Positions 1-13,000 of a stretch of 64,000 bases of DNA are shown piece after piece. Within the stretch, counting starts at the first letter, position 1. Every line of letters begins with the position of its first letter. A program made the position numbers and the translations under genes. The notes beneath the pieces are model-generated. The model saw only the letters and a list, made by a program, of their open reading frames with translations. It had not been told where the DNA came from and ran no database searches. Source of the DNA: Phaeosaccion multiseriatum (lineage: Eukaryota; Protista; Ochrophyta, other classes); contig OZ218959.1 of assembly GCA_965112735.1 (NCBI GenBank), positions 1,364,001-1,428,000 on the forward strand, read 5' to 3'.

Positions 1-377
1 GAGGGAGGAGAAAGGGAAGGAACGAGGGGGTGGGGTGGGTAGGGTGAAGGGAGAGAGGAAGGAACGGAGGGAGGGAGAGAGGGAGGGAGACACACGTGCC
101 ACCTCTGTATTTTGTCCTCATCTTCGGCCGTCGCCTTATCTTTTCCCGCTCCCTCCCTCCCTCCCTCCCCCCTCCCTCCATCCCTTCCTCCCTCCTTCCC
201 TCCCTTCCTCCCTCCCTCCTTCCCTCCCTCCCTCCTTCCCTCCCTCCCTCCCTCCCTCCCTCCCTCCCTCCCTCCCTCCCTCCCTCCCTCCCTCCCTCCC
301 TCCCTCTCTCTCTCTCTACCCTCCCTTCCTCCCTCCCTCCCTCCACCCCCTCTCCCCTCCCTCACCTCCCCCCCTAG

Positions 378-1051
378 GCCTGGGCAACAACAACCTCAAG
401 AAGCTTCCCTATGCGGTGGGCTTCCTCACGCAACTCACAGATCTGGAGCTGTATAACAACCCGCTCAAAGGGTTTCCGCCCGAGATACTCATGCAGGTCA
501 GTCCGTCAAATGCGATAGCATCCGTCTATCTACCTATTTGTCTGTCTATCTATCTATCTTCTATCTCTAGTGTATCCATCTATCATCTATCTTTCTATCT
601 ATCATTCTGTCTATCTATCTGTCTGTCTATCTATCCCTCTATCTATCTATCTATCTATCCCTCTGTCTATCTATCTATCTATCCATCCATCCATCCATGT
701 GTCTATCTATCTATCCATCCATCTATCTATCCATCTATCTATCCGTCCATCTATCCATCCATCTATCTATCCATCCATCCATCCATGTGTCTATCTATCT
801 ATCCATCCATCCATCTATCCATCTATCTATCCATCCATCTATCCATCCATCTATCTATCTATCCATCTATCCACCTGTCTATCTGTCCATCCCGCCCACC
901 CACCCATTTCCCTATCTGCGGCGTCCGTTGCCCCTGTGTGCCCCTTCACTGACTTACTGCAGGGCATGGACAGCATACTGTGGGAGTGCCGTCAGCGCTA
1001 TTGGGCCATCCAAAGAGGAGCCCCACCGGAGATGAAGGTCTGTGAGTGTGT

Positions 1052-1083
<32 letters not shown>

Positions 1084-4000
1084 CTGTGTGAGTGTGTGTA
1101 TGTGTGTATGTGTGTGTGTGTGTGTGTCTGTGTGTGTCTGTGTGTGTCTGTGCGTGTGTGTGCCTGTGTGTGTGCCTGTGTGTGTGGGTGTGTGCGTGTC
1201 ATCCACGCTTTAGTATCCGACCCTGCCTACTCCCACTCCTCTCCCTCCCTCCATCTCCCCCCCCCTCTCCATCCTTCCCTCAGGTCCATGGCTACGGTAT
1301 TCAGAATGAGAAGCTCCAACTGTACCCAGAGGTGCGTGATACTCTCGCGACTGTCCACTCCTGTAAAACGATGTGAATCAATGTCAAGCGTTCTCAAGTC
1401 CTTGCTAAAGCCCCACATTCTGAGGTGGAAGGAGGGGCATCCTCCTCCTCCTCCTCCTCTTCTTCTTCTTCTTCTTCTTCTTCTTCTTCTTCTTCTTCTT
1501 CTTCTTCTTCTTCTTCTTCTTCTTCTTCTTCTTCTTCTTCTTCTTCTTCTTCTTCTTCTTCTTCTTCTTCTTCTTCTTCTTCTTCTTCTTCTTCTTCTTC
1601 TTCTTCTTCTTCTTCTTCTTCTTCTTCTTCTTCTTCTTCTTCTTCTTCTTCTTCTTCTTCTTCTTCTTCTTCTTCTTCTTCTTCTTCTTCTTCTTCTTCT
1701 TCTTCTTCTTCTTCTTCTTCTTCTTCTTCTTCTTCTTCTTCTTCTTCTTCTTCTTCTTCTTCTTCTAACCTTCTTCCTCCTCCTCCCCCCCCTCCCCTCC
1801 CCTCCCTCCCTCCCATTCACACCCCCCTAAGTTCCAACGCAAAATCTCCGCGTCTGTGAAAGCGGCCAAGAATACCGGCTCCTTCGTGGAGATGATGGTG
1901 GGCCTCGCCTTCCTCCCTCTCGGCTTGTATGACGAAGACACCGCCCCCGAGCTCCTCACCATTGTGGTGCGTGATGCCTTACCTTCCCTGCTTACTCATA
2001 TACCCATATACCTGCCTACTTACATACCCATATACCTGCCTACTCATATACCCATATACCTGCCTACTTACATACCCATATACCTGCCTACTCATACCTG
2101 TAGGCCTGCCGCCCTGCCTACCCATACCCATACACCTCTGTCCTGACCCTTTGTCTCTAGCCACTTGGCCTGCTGCAGGTGGGCAGTAGTAACCTCTCCA
2201 CCTAACGCCTGTCCTCATGTCCATATGCCTACCTCATACCCATATGCCTACCTCATACCCATATGCCTGCCTCATACCCATATGCCTGTCCTCATGTCCA
2301 TATGCCTGTCCTCATGTCCATATGCCTGTCCTCATGTCCATATGCCTGTCCTCATGTCCATATGCCTGCCCTGCTGCAGGTGGACAGTAACGATCTTTCC
2401 GCCGCTCCGGTCGAATTCGAGAGGGAGTGGGAGGACTGGAAGGAGGGGGTGCTCGTGGAGCACAGCGTCACCTTCTCCAGGCTAGCCAGGTCAGTCAGGG
2501 GGGAGGGGTTGTTTACTGACTTGACACGGGAGGGGGAGAGACGAGGTCGGTCCGGGATCGGTCCGGGATCAGTTTCAGGTTCACTTTATTGGACCCACTA
2601 AGTACAACACCAATGGATATTTTCGATTGATGGGATCGATTTGTTGGATAATTCATAAAGGTCAAAATGAATTGAATTGAGACTTGAGCTGAGGTGAACA
2701 CCAATCAAATGTAGAGGATGTGGACATAATCGAATCTAGAGGATGTGGACATGTCGAGTTCTTCTGGTCAGTGTCAGCGGTCAGTGATCAGGGTTCAGTC
2801 AGTGCCTGTCAAGTCAGTGCCTGTCAAGTCAGTGCCTGTCAGTCCACAGAGAGACTGAGAGAGAGCGCCCTGTGCGTTTGCTTTGGCCAGCAGGCTTCTG
2901 CCACCCCCCTCCCCACCCACCCCCACCCGCCCCCTCCGCCCTGTCCACCCCTCACCCTCTCTACCTCTCCCCTCTCCCCTCTCCTCTCCCCTCTCCCCTC
3001 TCCCCTCTCCTCTCCCCTCTCCCCTCTCCCCTCCCCCCTCCCCCCTCCCCCCTCCCCCCTCTCCCCTCCCCCCTCCCCCCTCTCCCCTCTCCCCTCTCCC
3101 CTCCCCCCTCTCCCCTCTGCCCTCCCCCCTCCCCCCTCTCCCCTCCATCCTCTCCCCTCTCCCCTCTGCTGCCATCCCCCCCACCCCCCCTTCTCCTCCT
3201 TCAAACAGGCTCTCAATGCGAAGCTGCAAGATCAAGGAGCTTCACCCCTCCTTGGGTAGACTCGTCAAGCTCTCCGTCCTCAGGCTTGAAGCGAACAAGA
3301 TCAAATACTTGCCTGACTCCATTGCTCGCCTCAGGTCAGTCAGATGGCAGCAGAAGGCAGAGGGGAGAGGAGAGAGGGGAGAGGGGAGAAGGGAGAGGAG
3401 GAGAGGGGAGAGGGGAGAGGGGGAGATGGGAGGGGAGAGGGGAGAGAGGAGAGGAGGGAGGAGGGGAGAGAGGAGGGGTGAGGGGAGAGGAGAGGATAGA
3501 GGGGAGACGGGAGGGAAGAGAGGAGAGGAGAGAGAGGAGGGGAGAGGGAGGGGAGAGGGAGGGGACGGGAGAGGGGAGGGGAGAGAGAGGAGGGGAGAGG
3601 GGAGAGAGGAGAGGATAGAGGGGAGACGGGAGGGAAGAGAGGAGAGGAGAGAGAGGAGGGGAGAGGGAGGGAAGAGAGGGGAGGAGAGAGAGGAGGGGAG
3701 AGGGGAGAGAGAGAGGATAGAGGGGAGATGGGAGGGAAGAGAGGAGAGGAGATAGAGGAGGGGAGAGAGAGGGAAGAGAGGGGAGGAGAGAGAGGAGGAG
3801 AGAGAGGAGGTAAGAGTGGAGGGGAGGGCGTCGGACACAAGGGCAGAGGGATTCTTGGTCCGCCTTGTGAGGTCTTTGTGAGAAAGAATGGACGAAGAAA
3901 CCTTTTTCATACGCGTCCACCCCTCCCTCCCTCCCTCCCTCCCTCCCTCCCTTCCTTCCTTCCTTCCTCCCTCCCTCCCTCCCTCCCTCCCTCCCTCCCT

Positions 4001-7000
4001 CCCTCCCTCCCTCCCTCCCTCCCTCCTCCTTTTGGCAGGCTGCTAACTCGTCTGGACATGCGCAAGAACCGCCTGCTCGTGGTGCCCGACTGCATCTCTG
4101 CCCTCACCCTTCTCAAGAAGCTCGAGCTCGACGGCAACAGACTGGAGATGCTGCCGGACAGCATCTGCACGCTGCCGGCCTTAGAGGTGCTCACATTCAG
4201 CAGCAATTCAGTCTACACGCTACCGAACGACCTCCCCAAGATGCAGAGACTCCGGGTGAGTGGGGTGGAGTGGGGTGGAGTGGGTGGCTGTGGATGTCAG
4301 GACACTGGCTGGTTGGGTGCGTGTGTGTGTGTGGGTGGGTGTGTGTTTGTGGGCGGGTGGATGAGTGAATGAGTGAGGGGGTGGGTGGGTGAGTGAGTGA
4401 GCGAATCAACCTCATCCATCGAACTTTACCCTTAACTTACTCACCTTGCATATACGTACGATCGTTACGCGCGCGTGTATATATATATATGCATTATATA
4501 TGTATTATATATATGTGTGTGTGTGCGTATGCCTGTGTTGCGTGTGTGTGTGCGTGTGTGCCCCCCCCCCCCCCCCCCCCCCACTCTCCGTTTGGTGCCA
4601 TCCTGCCATCCCAGGTGCTAGACATGAGTTGCAACGATATCACGCTGCTGCCCCACGGAATGGGGGCCATGACACTGAAGGCTCTCAAGTTCTCCTTCAA
4701 TCGCATCGAGGTCAGGCATATGGGTAGTCAGGGCCTGATGTCAGTCAGTGCGTGTACTCTCTCAGGACGTGTAGCTCTCAAGCCGAGGTGGCTTTTAACC
4801 ACTCCCACTCACTGCGATCCCCACCCCTCCTCAACCAACTCATCCACCGCCATCCACTGCCATCCTCCCCGCTCCCAACCAACCCCAGATCCTTGAGGAC
4901 GACGTGTTCAGGCCAAACCTCACCAAGAGCCTTCGAAAGGTAAGCACTTCCTTACGTACTTGTGAGCGGAAGCGAGGAAGGAAGAAGGAAGGAAGGGAGG
5001 GAGGGAGGAAGGGAGGGAGGAAAGAACGGAAGGAAGGCAGGAAGGAAGGGAGGAAGGAAGGAAGGAAGGAAGGAAGGAAGGAAGGAAGGAAGGAAGGAAG
5101 GAAGGAAGAAAGGAAGGAAGGAAGGAAGGAAGGAACGGAAGGGAGGAAGGAAGGAAGGAAGGAAGGGAGGAAGGAAGGAAGGGAGGAAGGGAGGAAGGAA
5201 GTAAGGAAGGAAGTAAGAAAGGAAGTAAGGACCGGATGGAAGGAAGGAAGGGAGGATGGAAGGAAGGAAGGGAGGAAGGAACGGAAGGAAGGAACGGAAG
5301 GAAGGAAGGGAGGAAGGAACGGAAGGAAGATGACTCCTCTTGAAACGCTCCCGGAGGGGAGGGGGGGGGCTTGAGAAGACGACTGAGGAGAGGAGTGACG
5401 TATACGCATATGGGCAATGGGCATATGGGCAATGGGCATATGGGCAATGGGCATATGGGCAATGGGCATATGGGCATAGGACTGTGGCGGGCGGGTGCAC
5501 AGCTTAGCTCCCCACATCAGTCTGAACAAATCCCCCATCCTCTGCCATCCTTCGCTGTTTCAGTCTGCTCTCTCCCCCACTCACTCCCTCCTTCCTTCCT
5601 CCCTCTCTCCCTTCTACCCGTTGCCTCAGCTTTGGATGGCGTCGAACAACCTTTTGGAGCTGCCTCATTCGTTCACAGCACTGTCTAGATTCGAGGACGT
5701 GAAGATTGAGAACAACCCCTTCATCTCCCCCCCTTCACAGCTGCTCTCAGAAGGTAGGCGTAGACCTCTGGGCTTGACCATCCACCCCTCCTCACACACA
5801 CACCTCACCCATCCACCTACTTCACTCACCCATTCCACCCACCCAACCAACCAACCCAATGAAACCATCCACCCACTTTACCCACCCATTCCACCCACCC
5901 AACCAACCAGCCCAACCATCCCAACCAGCCCAACCAACCCAACCAACCCACCAACCTCCACCTCCGCCCACCCACCCACCCACCCACCCACTCACCGCCC
6001 CGACCGAACCCCCCCCCTGCAAACCCTCCACTGCCATCCCTCCACTGCCAACCCTCCACTGCCAACCCTCCAGGTATGGCAGTTGTGGTCCAATACATTC
6101 GCGTGCGGCGAGAGCGCATCGATCGCATGCTGGCCTGTATCAAGCAGCGAGGCTTTGACACGTCGAGGGAGAAGCTTGTACCCGAGGCCAGGCATGTGGT
6201 GCGGAAGAAGACCGGGTATCTCAAGCCTGATGATCTCCAGGTGCGTGGGTGGGTGTCAGGACAAGGGGCGGGAGGGTGTCAGGACAGAGGGTGGGTGGGT
6301 GGGTGTCAGGACAGAGGGTGGGTGGGTGGGTGTCAGGACAAGGGGTGGGAGGGTGTCAGGATTGAGGGAGGGTGGGTGGGTGTCAGGACAGAGGGTGGGT
6401 GGGTGGGTGGGTGTCAGGATTGAGCGAGGGTGGGTGGGTGTCAGGACAGAGGGTGGGAGGGTGTCAGGACAGAGGGTGGGTGGGTGGGTGTCAGGACAGA
6501 GGGTGGGTGGGTGTCAGGGCAGGGGGTGCGTGGGTGGGTGTCAGGACAGAGTGGGTGGGTGGGTGGGTGTAGGGGGGGTGTGGGTCAGTGGGTCGGTGGG
6601 GTTTGTGTGTGGCGCGTGTGTCTGTGTGAGTGTGATGGGTGTGTGTGTTTGTGTGAGTGTGATGGGTGTGTGTGTCTGTGTGAGTGTGATGGGTGTGTGT
6701 GATATGCGCGTGCGCGTGTTCGTGAGTAAATAAGCGTAAGCAAAGTGTATCGCCTCCCCTGATTCGAACAAGCAGCAGGCAAGTTGAAGTTTCAAACGTC
6801 AACTTATTCAGCCCCCCTCCTATCCACCGTCTTTCAGTTTTCTTAGGTGATTCCTTTTAAGTCAATAACCCCCCCCCCTTTATCCCTCCCCTTTGCAGGC
6901 CTTCGACAAGGCTGTGGACCGTTACCTTAACGCAGAGTACTACAAATATTCCATGCCGGTGAGGGGGGGAGGGCAGTGGATGGCAGTGGATGGCAGTGGA

Positions 7001-10000
7001 TGGAGCGCAGAAGGGAGGCAGTGGATTGCAGTGGATTGCAGTGAATGGCGGGGGGAATGGCAGGGGATGTCAAAGAATGGAGTGCAGAGGGAGGGCAGTG
7101 GATGGCAGTGGGTGGATATAGAATGGCAGTGAATGGCAGGGTGTTTATCCCCCTCCAGCCCTCCATTCTTTCACTTCTCCTGGTCACTGAATCGCTTCGA
7201 TTCCCTCCCTCCCTCCCTTCCTCCCTCCCTCCCTCCCTCCCTCCCTCCCTCCCTCCCTCCCTCCCTCCCTCCCTCCCTTCCTCCCTCCCTCCCTCCCTCC
7301 CTCCCTCCCTCCCTCCCTCCCTCCCTCCCTCCCTCCCTCCCTCCCTCCCTCCCTCCCTCCCTCCCTCCCTCCCTCCCTCCCTCCCTCCCTCCCTCCCTCC
7401 CTCCCTCCCTCCCTCCCTCCCTCCCTCCCTCCCTCCCTCCCTCCCTCCCTCCCTCCCTCCCTCCCTCCCTCCCTCCCTCCCTCCCTCCCTCCCTCCCTCC
7501 CTCCCTCCCTCCCTCCCTCCCTCCCTCCCTCCCTCCCTCCCTCCCTCCCTCCCCTCCCTCCCTCCCTCCCTCCCCACTCAGGTGGACACGCTGGTAGATG
7601 CCCTCCTCCGTCTCCGCGAAGACCGGCAATACGAGTTCTTTCACATCATTGTCGACGCCGTCATGCGCAAGGTGATACACTATACACTTGCTCAGTACTC
7701 TTTCTGTCTCTCATATCTCCTTCCCCCTCTTTCTCTTTCTCTCGCTGCTCTCTCTTTCTGTCTCTCATATCTCCTTCCCCCTGTCTCTCATATCTCCTTC
7801 CCCCTCTTTCTCTTTCTCTCGCTGCTCTCTCTTTCTGTCTCTCATATCTCCTTCCCCCTGTCTCTCATATCTCCTTCCCCCTGTCTCTCATATCTCCTTC
7901 CCCCTGTCTCTCATATCTCCTTCCCCCTGTCTCTCATATCTCCTTCCCCCTCTTTCTCTTTCTCTCGCTGCTCTCTCTTTCTGTCTCTCCATCTCCATCC
8001 CCCTTTCTCTCTTTCTCTCGCTCTCGCTCTCTCCCTCGCTCTTTCTCTCTGTCTCCACCCTCTTCTCTCGCTCATTCTCTTGATCTCTCTCTCTTTGTCT
8101 CTTCTCCCTCGCTTCTCTATATCTCCTCTCTCTTCCTCTGTCTCTCTCCCTCCCTCTCTCTTTACTTCTCTCTTCCCCTGTCTCTCCCTCCCTCTCTCTT
8201 TACCTCTCTCTTTGCCTCTCTCTTCCTCTGTCTCTCTCCCTCCCTCTCTCTTTACCTCTCTCTTCCTCTGTCTCCCTCCCTCTCTCTTAACCTATCTCTT
8301 CCTCTGTCTCTCTCCCTCTCTCTCTCTTTACCTCTCTCTTCCTCCGTCTCTCTCCCTCCCTCTCTCTTTACCTCTCTCTTCCTCTGTCTCTCTTTACCTC
8401 TCTCTTCTGTCTCTCTTTACCTCTCTCCTCCCTCTCTCTTTCCCTCTCTCTTGCTCTGTCTCTCTCCCTCCCTCTCTCTTTACCTCTCTCTCCCTCCCTC
8501 TCTCTTTACCTCTCTCTCCCTCCTTCTCTCTTTACCTCTCTCTCCCTCCCTCTCTCTTTCCCTCTCTCTTGCTCTGTCTCTCTCCATCTCCTCTCTCACC
8601 CCCTCTCCCCCCCTCTCTCTCCCCCTCTCTATCCCCTCCGTTTTCTGTAACGGTTGACCCTTTCCGACAAAACACCAACACGATGCACAATACAAACAAA
8701 CAAACATATATACATACATACATACATACATACATACATACATACATACATACATACATACATACATACATACATACATACATACATACACACATACATA
8801 CATACATACATACATACATACATACATACATACATACATACATACATACATACATACATACATACATACATACATACATACATACATACATACATACATA
8901 CATACATACATACATACACACAGGTGGAGGGCCGCGAGGGGGACACAAAGAGCTTCACCCCCAACGTGTTTAAGAGGGGAGAGACGCGCCCCTGGGGAAG
9001 GGATGGGGAGCCGATGAAGGTCAGTGGATGGCAGTGGATGGCAGTGGATGGCAGTGGATGGCAGTGGATCGCGCACAATCGTTCTTCACGTGGACTACGA
9101 CAAGTTTGAGGTTGCGCTTGCAAGCGCACTCGCCCCTGGACCACTCCGCAGCTTGCTGTCTTGTCTTCTCCCTCCCCTCTCCCCTCTCCCCTCTCCCCTC
9201 TCCCCTCTCCCCTCTCCCCTCTCCCCTCTCCCCTCTCCCCTCTCCCCTCTCCCCTCTCCCCTCTCCCCTCTCCCCTCTCCCCTCTCCCCTCTCCCCTGCC
9301 CTGCCCATACACCTCCTCCATCTCCAAGCCCTACCCATCCCCCCCCACGACACTCGCACGGACACACGCGCGCACACACACACAAACATATACGTAATGC
9401 TTAGGTTGATTCCTGCCACATATGTCAATAACCTTTCCCTCCTTAGCTCTACCCAACCCCTCCCGCATCTTGTCTTCTGCTCGTACCGTACACCCTTCTC
9501 ACCATCCCTCTCTGTCATACCCTCCTTCTCTGGTATTCCATCCCTCTTCCTCTCCACCCTCCCTCCCTCCCTCTCTCCTCTCCTCCCTCCCTCCCTCCTC
9601 CCTCTCTCCCTCTCTCCTCTCCTCCCTCCCTCCCTCCTCCCTCTCTCCCTCTCTCCTCTCCTCCCTCCCTCCCTCCTCCCTCTCTCCCTCTCTCCCTCTC
9701 TCCTCTCCTCCCTCCCTCCCTCCCTCCCATCCATCCAACCAGGTGAACATCATCTCCTGCGACGCTCTGTTCAAGGACTGCATGCCTAACGCCTTCCTAT
9801 GGGACCCCCGCCGCTCCGTGTGGAGCGAGGCTCTGGAAAGTCTGCCCCCCTCCATGTTTCAGTACTCCAAAGCTGTACTCACCAAGGCACTCAACTCTAT
9901 GCAGAGTCCCTACGGACCCGTTGCAGGTAACGTCGCGTTGTCCTGTTAACGTTTGAGAGTTTGCGTTTCCGTTCCGTGGGATGTCCGTTATGTCACGTTG

Positions 10001-13000
10001 CGTGAAGTGACTGTTAACGGCACCATCGTTAGGTGACGTTAATGTGTCGTATCGGTAGGCATATGCTTGTTTGTAGGATAGAAGTAGAGGGGTGATGACC
10101 CTCCTCCTCCTCCTCCTCCTCCTCCTCCTCCTCCTCCTCCTCCTCCTCCTCCTCCTCCTCCTCCTCCTCCTCCCCCTCCTCCTCCACCACCACCACCACC
10201 ACCACCACCACTACCACCCCCACGCTCCTCCTCATCCTCTTGTCAGAGTTCTCTGATCAGACATACCCCAGCTGCGAGTGCGTGGACCACAAGACGGGGG
10301 AGGAGCTCCGCCATGGTGTGGGTCAGTGCTGCCTCAAGTCACTCACCCTTGTACACATCATTTACACAGAGGCAGAGGCGGTGCGTGTGTGTGAGTGGGT
10401 AATTGCGTCTGTGTGTGTCTGTGTGTGTGTGTGGATGTGTGTGTTTGTGCGTGTGTGCGTGTGTGTTTTTATGTGCGTTTTGTTGCGCGTGTGTGTTTGC
10501 GTTTGTGCGTGTGTGTGCGGGTGGGTGGGTGTGCACGTGTATTTTAAGTGCGTGTGAGTGCGTGCATGGCTTTATGTGGGTGCGTGTGAGTGGATTGTGA
10601 AAGTTGGCAGAATACGCTAGTGCTCTGCGCTGCTCTCCTCTGTTTGTCCTCTCCTCTCTTCCTTCCCGTACTGCCTTGAAGAGAACATACGTCCATAGCC
10701 GTCCCCCCCCCCTTTCCTCTCTTCTCATACCATCTTTCTCTCCCTCTGTGTGTGTGTGTTTGTGTGTGTGTGTGTGACAAGATGCGGCGCGCTGCGGAGG
10801 AGGAGGAGATGTTCATGAGGTTCGATGAAATCGACGAAGAAGTCAACACCGCATTCCACTCCAAGGTGAGCCAGGGAGGGAAGGAAAGGAAAGGAGAGAG
10901 AGGGAGGGAAGTGAGGGGAGGGAGGGAGGGGAGGGAGGCAGAGGAGAGGAGGGAACGGGAGGGAGGGAGGGAGGGAGGGAGGGAGGGAGGGAGGGAGGGA
11001 GAGAGTGAGGGAGGGAGGGAGGGAGGGAGGGAGGGAGGGAGGGAGGGAGGGAGGGAGGGAGGGAACGGGAGGGAGGGAGGGAGCGAAGGAGGGAGAGGGA
11101 GGGAGGGAGGGAGGAAGGGGGCGGAGGAGGGAGGGGAGAGAGAGGGAGAGAGGAAAGAGAGTTAAGAGAGCCGCAGCAGGGGTGATGGGGAGAGACTGTC
11201 CGGCCTGTGGTCGTGAGCACACCCACTGGAGTCAACCAAAGAGCTCTACCTAACAAGCGGAAACTAGAAACTCAACTCGGATGGCTCCAGAAGGATGACG
11301 TGTTCATGTTGTCTGCCTCCGCTCAGTTCATTGATTGCCCCCCAACCCCGATCAAAACCTCTCACGCACCCCTCTCCCTCCCTCCCTCCCTCTCCCTCCC
11401 TCCCTCCCTCCGTCCCTCCCTCCTTCCCTTCCTCCCTCCCTCCCTCCCAATCAAACAGGAGGGAACAGTACTGGCGACGGACGAACTCAAACGCCGCAAA
11501 GCCAAGTACGGTGTGCGCATCCAAACGCTGGAGGTGAAGCTTGCTGAACTCAAGGCCACTCGCAGTGGCAAAGTGGAGCTTCACAACTTCGCCAAGCAGA
11601 GACAGAAGCAGTTCGAGTTGGGGGAGCCTTTTCACATGCACAAGATTAAGGACGTTGCACATGTGAGTGAAGCGGTTGGTGATACGGTACAGGTGGTTTG
11701 AGTTTTGAGTTTTTCGGATCCTCTCCCCCCTTGATTTTGTCCACACTCACATACATCTCTACACACACGCACACGCGCACACACACACACACACCCTACG
11801 CACCCACACAATATACATAATGGAATCCCCCCCCCTCCCCCCTCCAGAGCCTTGACGTGGGTGCTAAGGCCGCTCGAGCCGTCGAAACAGTGGACAAGAA
11901 GATCGCAGATGCGCTGGCCAAGCGCTCCTCTCTGCAGCAGAAGGCGAGCAACACACCTAAACAGCAGCTCTTCGCAGAGGCCCTTGATGACCTTGTCGCA
12001 AAGTACTCTCTCGATGCGGTGAGTGAGTGGGTGGGTGGTTGGATGGGTGGGTGGGTGGTTGGATGGGTGGGTGGGCGGGTGGGTGAGTGGGTGGGTGTGG
12101 GTGGGTGAGTGGGTAGTTGGGTGGATGGGCGGGTGGGTGAGTAAGTGGGTGAATGGGTAGGTGAGTGAATGAGTGGGTGGGTGGGTGGGTAAGTGAGTGA
12201 GTGAGTGAGTGGGTGGGTGAGTGAGTGGGTGAGTGAGTGGGTGAGTGAGTGAGTGAATGAGTGAGTGGGTGAGTGGGTGGGTGAGTGAGTGAGTGAGTGA
12301 GTGAGTGAGTGAGTGGGTGGGTGATTTAGTTTCTGAGTGAGATGAGTAAGGAAATGCCCAGTGGGGGTGCCCTGGGTGTGGAAAGCCTACTACCAAAGCA
12401 GCACAGTCATACGGGAGAGCACTCAGAAGGGCCATGTAGCCTCCCTCTCCGCCCTTCCTTCTTTCACTTCCCCTCCTCCCTCCCTCCCCTCACTTCCCCC
12501 CTTCCTTCCTTCCTTCCTTCCTCCCTCTCTCCCTCCCTCCCTCCAGAAGGATGACGTGTTCATGTTGTCTGTCTCCGCTCAGTTCATTGATTACCCCCCC
12601 AACCCCGATCAAAACCTCTCACGCACCCCTCCCTCTCCCTCCCTCTCTCCCTCCCTCCCTCTCCCTCCCTCCCCTTCTCCCTCCCTCCCTCCCTCCCTCC
12701 CTCCCTCCCTCCCCCCTTCCCTCCCGCCCTCCCTCCTTCCCTCACCGCAGTTCCATGAGGTGCAGAAGAACCACCGCATCAAAGCCATCAAGTACGGTTG
12801 GCGACGGCCCTGGGACGGTTTGGATGGGGAAGACTTCTCATTGTGGGCAGAGAGGGCAGGCTTTGTACCCGCCCGGAGGAGAGAGAGGCCGCAAAACGTC
12901 GGGCTGTACATGTTCGTTAGGGTAAGGGGCATCCACTGCTATCCAGTGCCCATCCACTGCCATCCCCTGCCCATCCACTGCCATCCACTGCCATCCCCTG

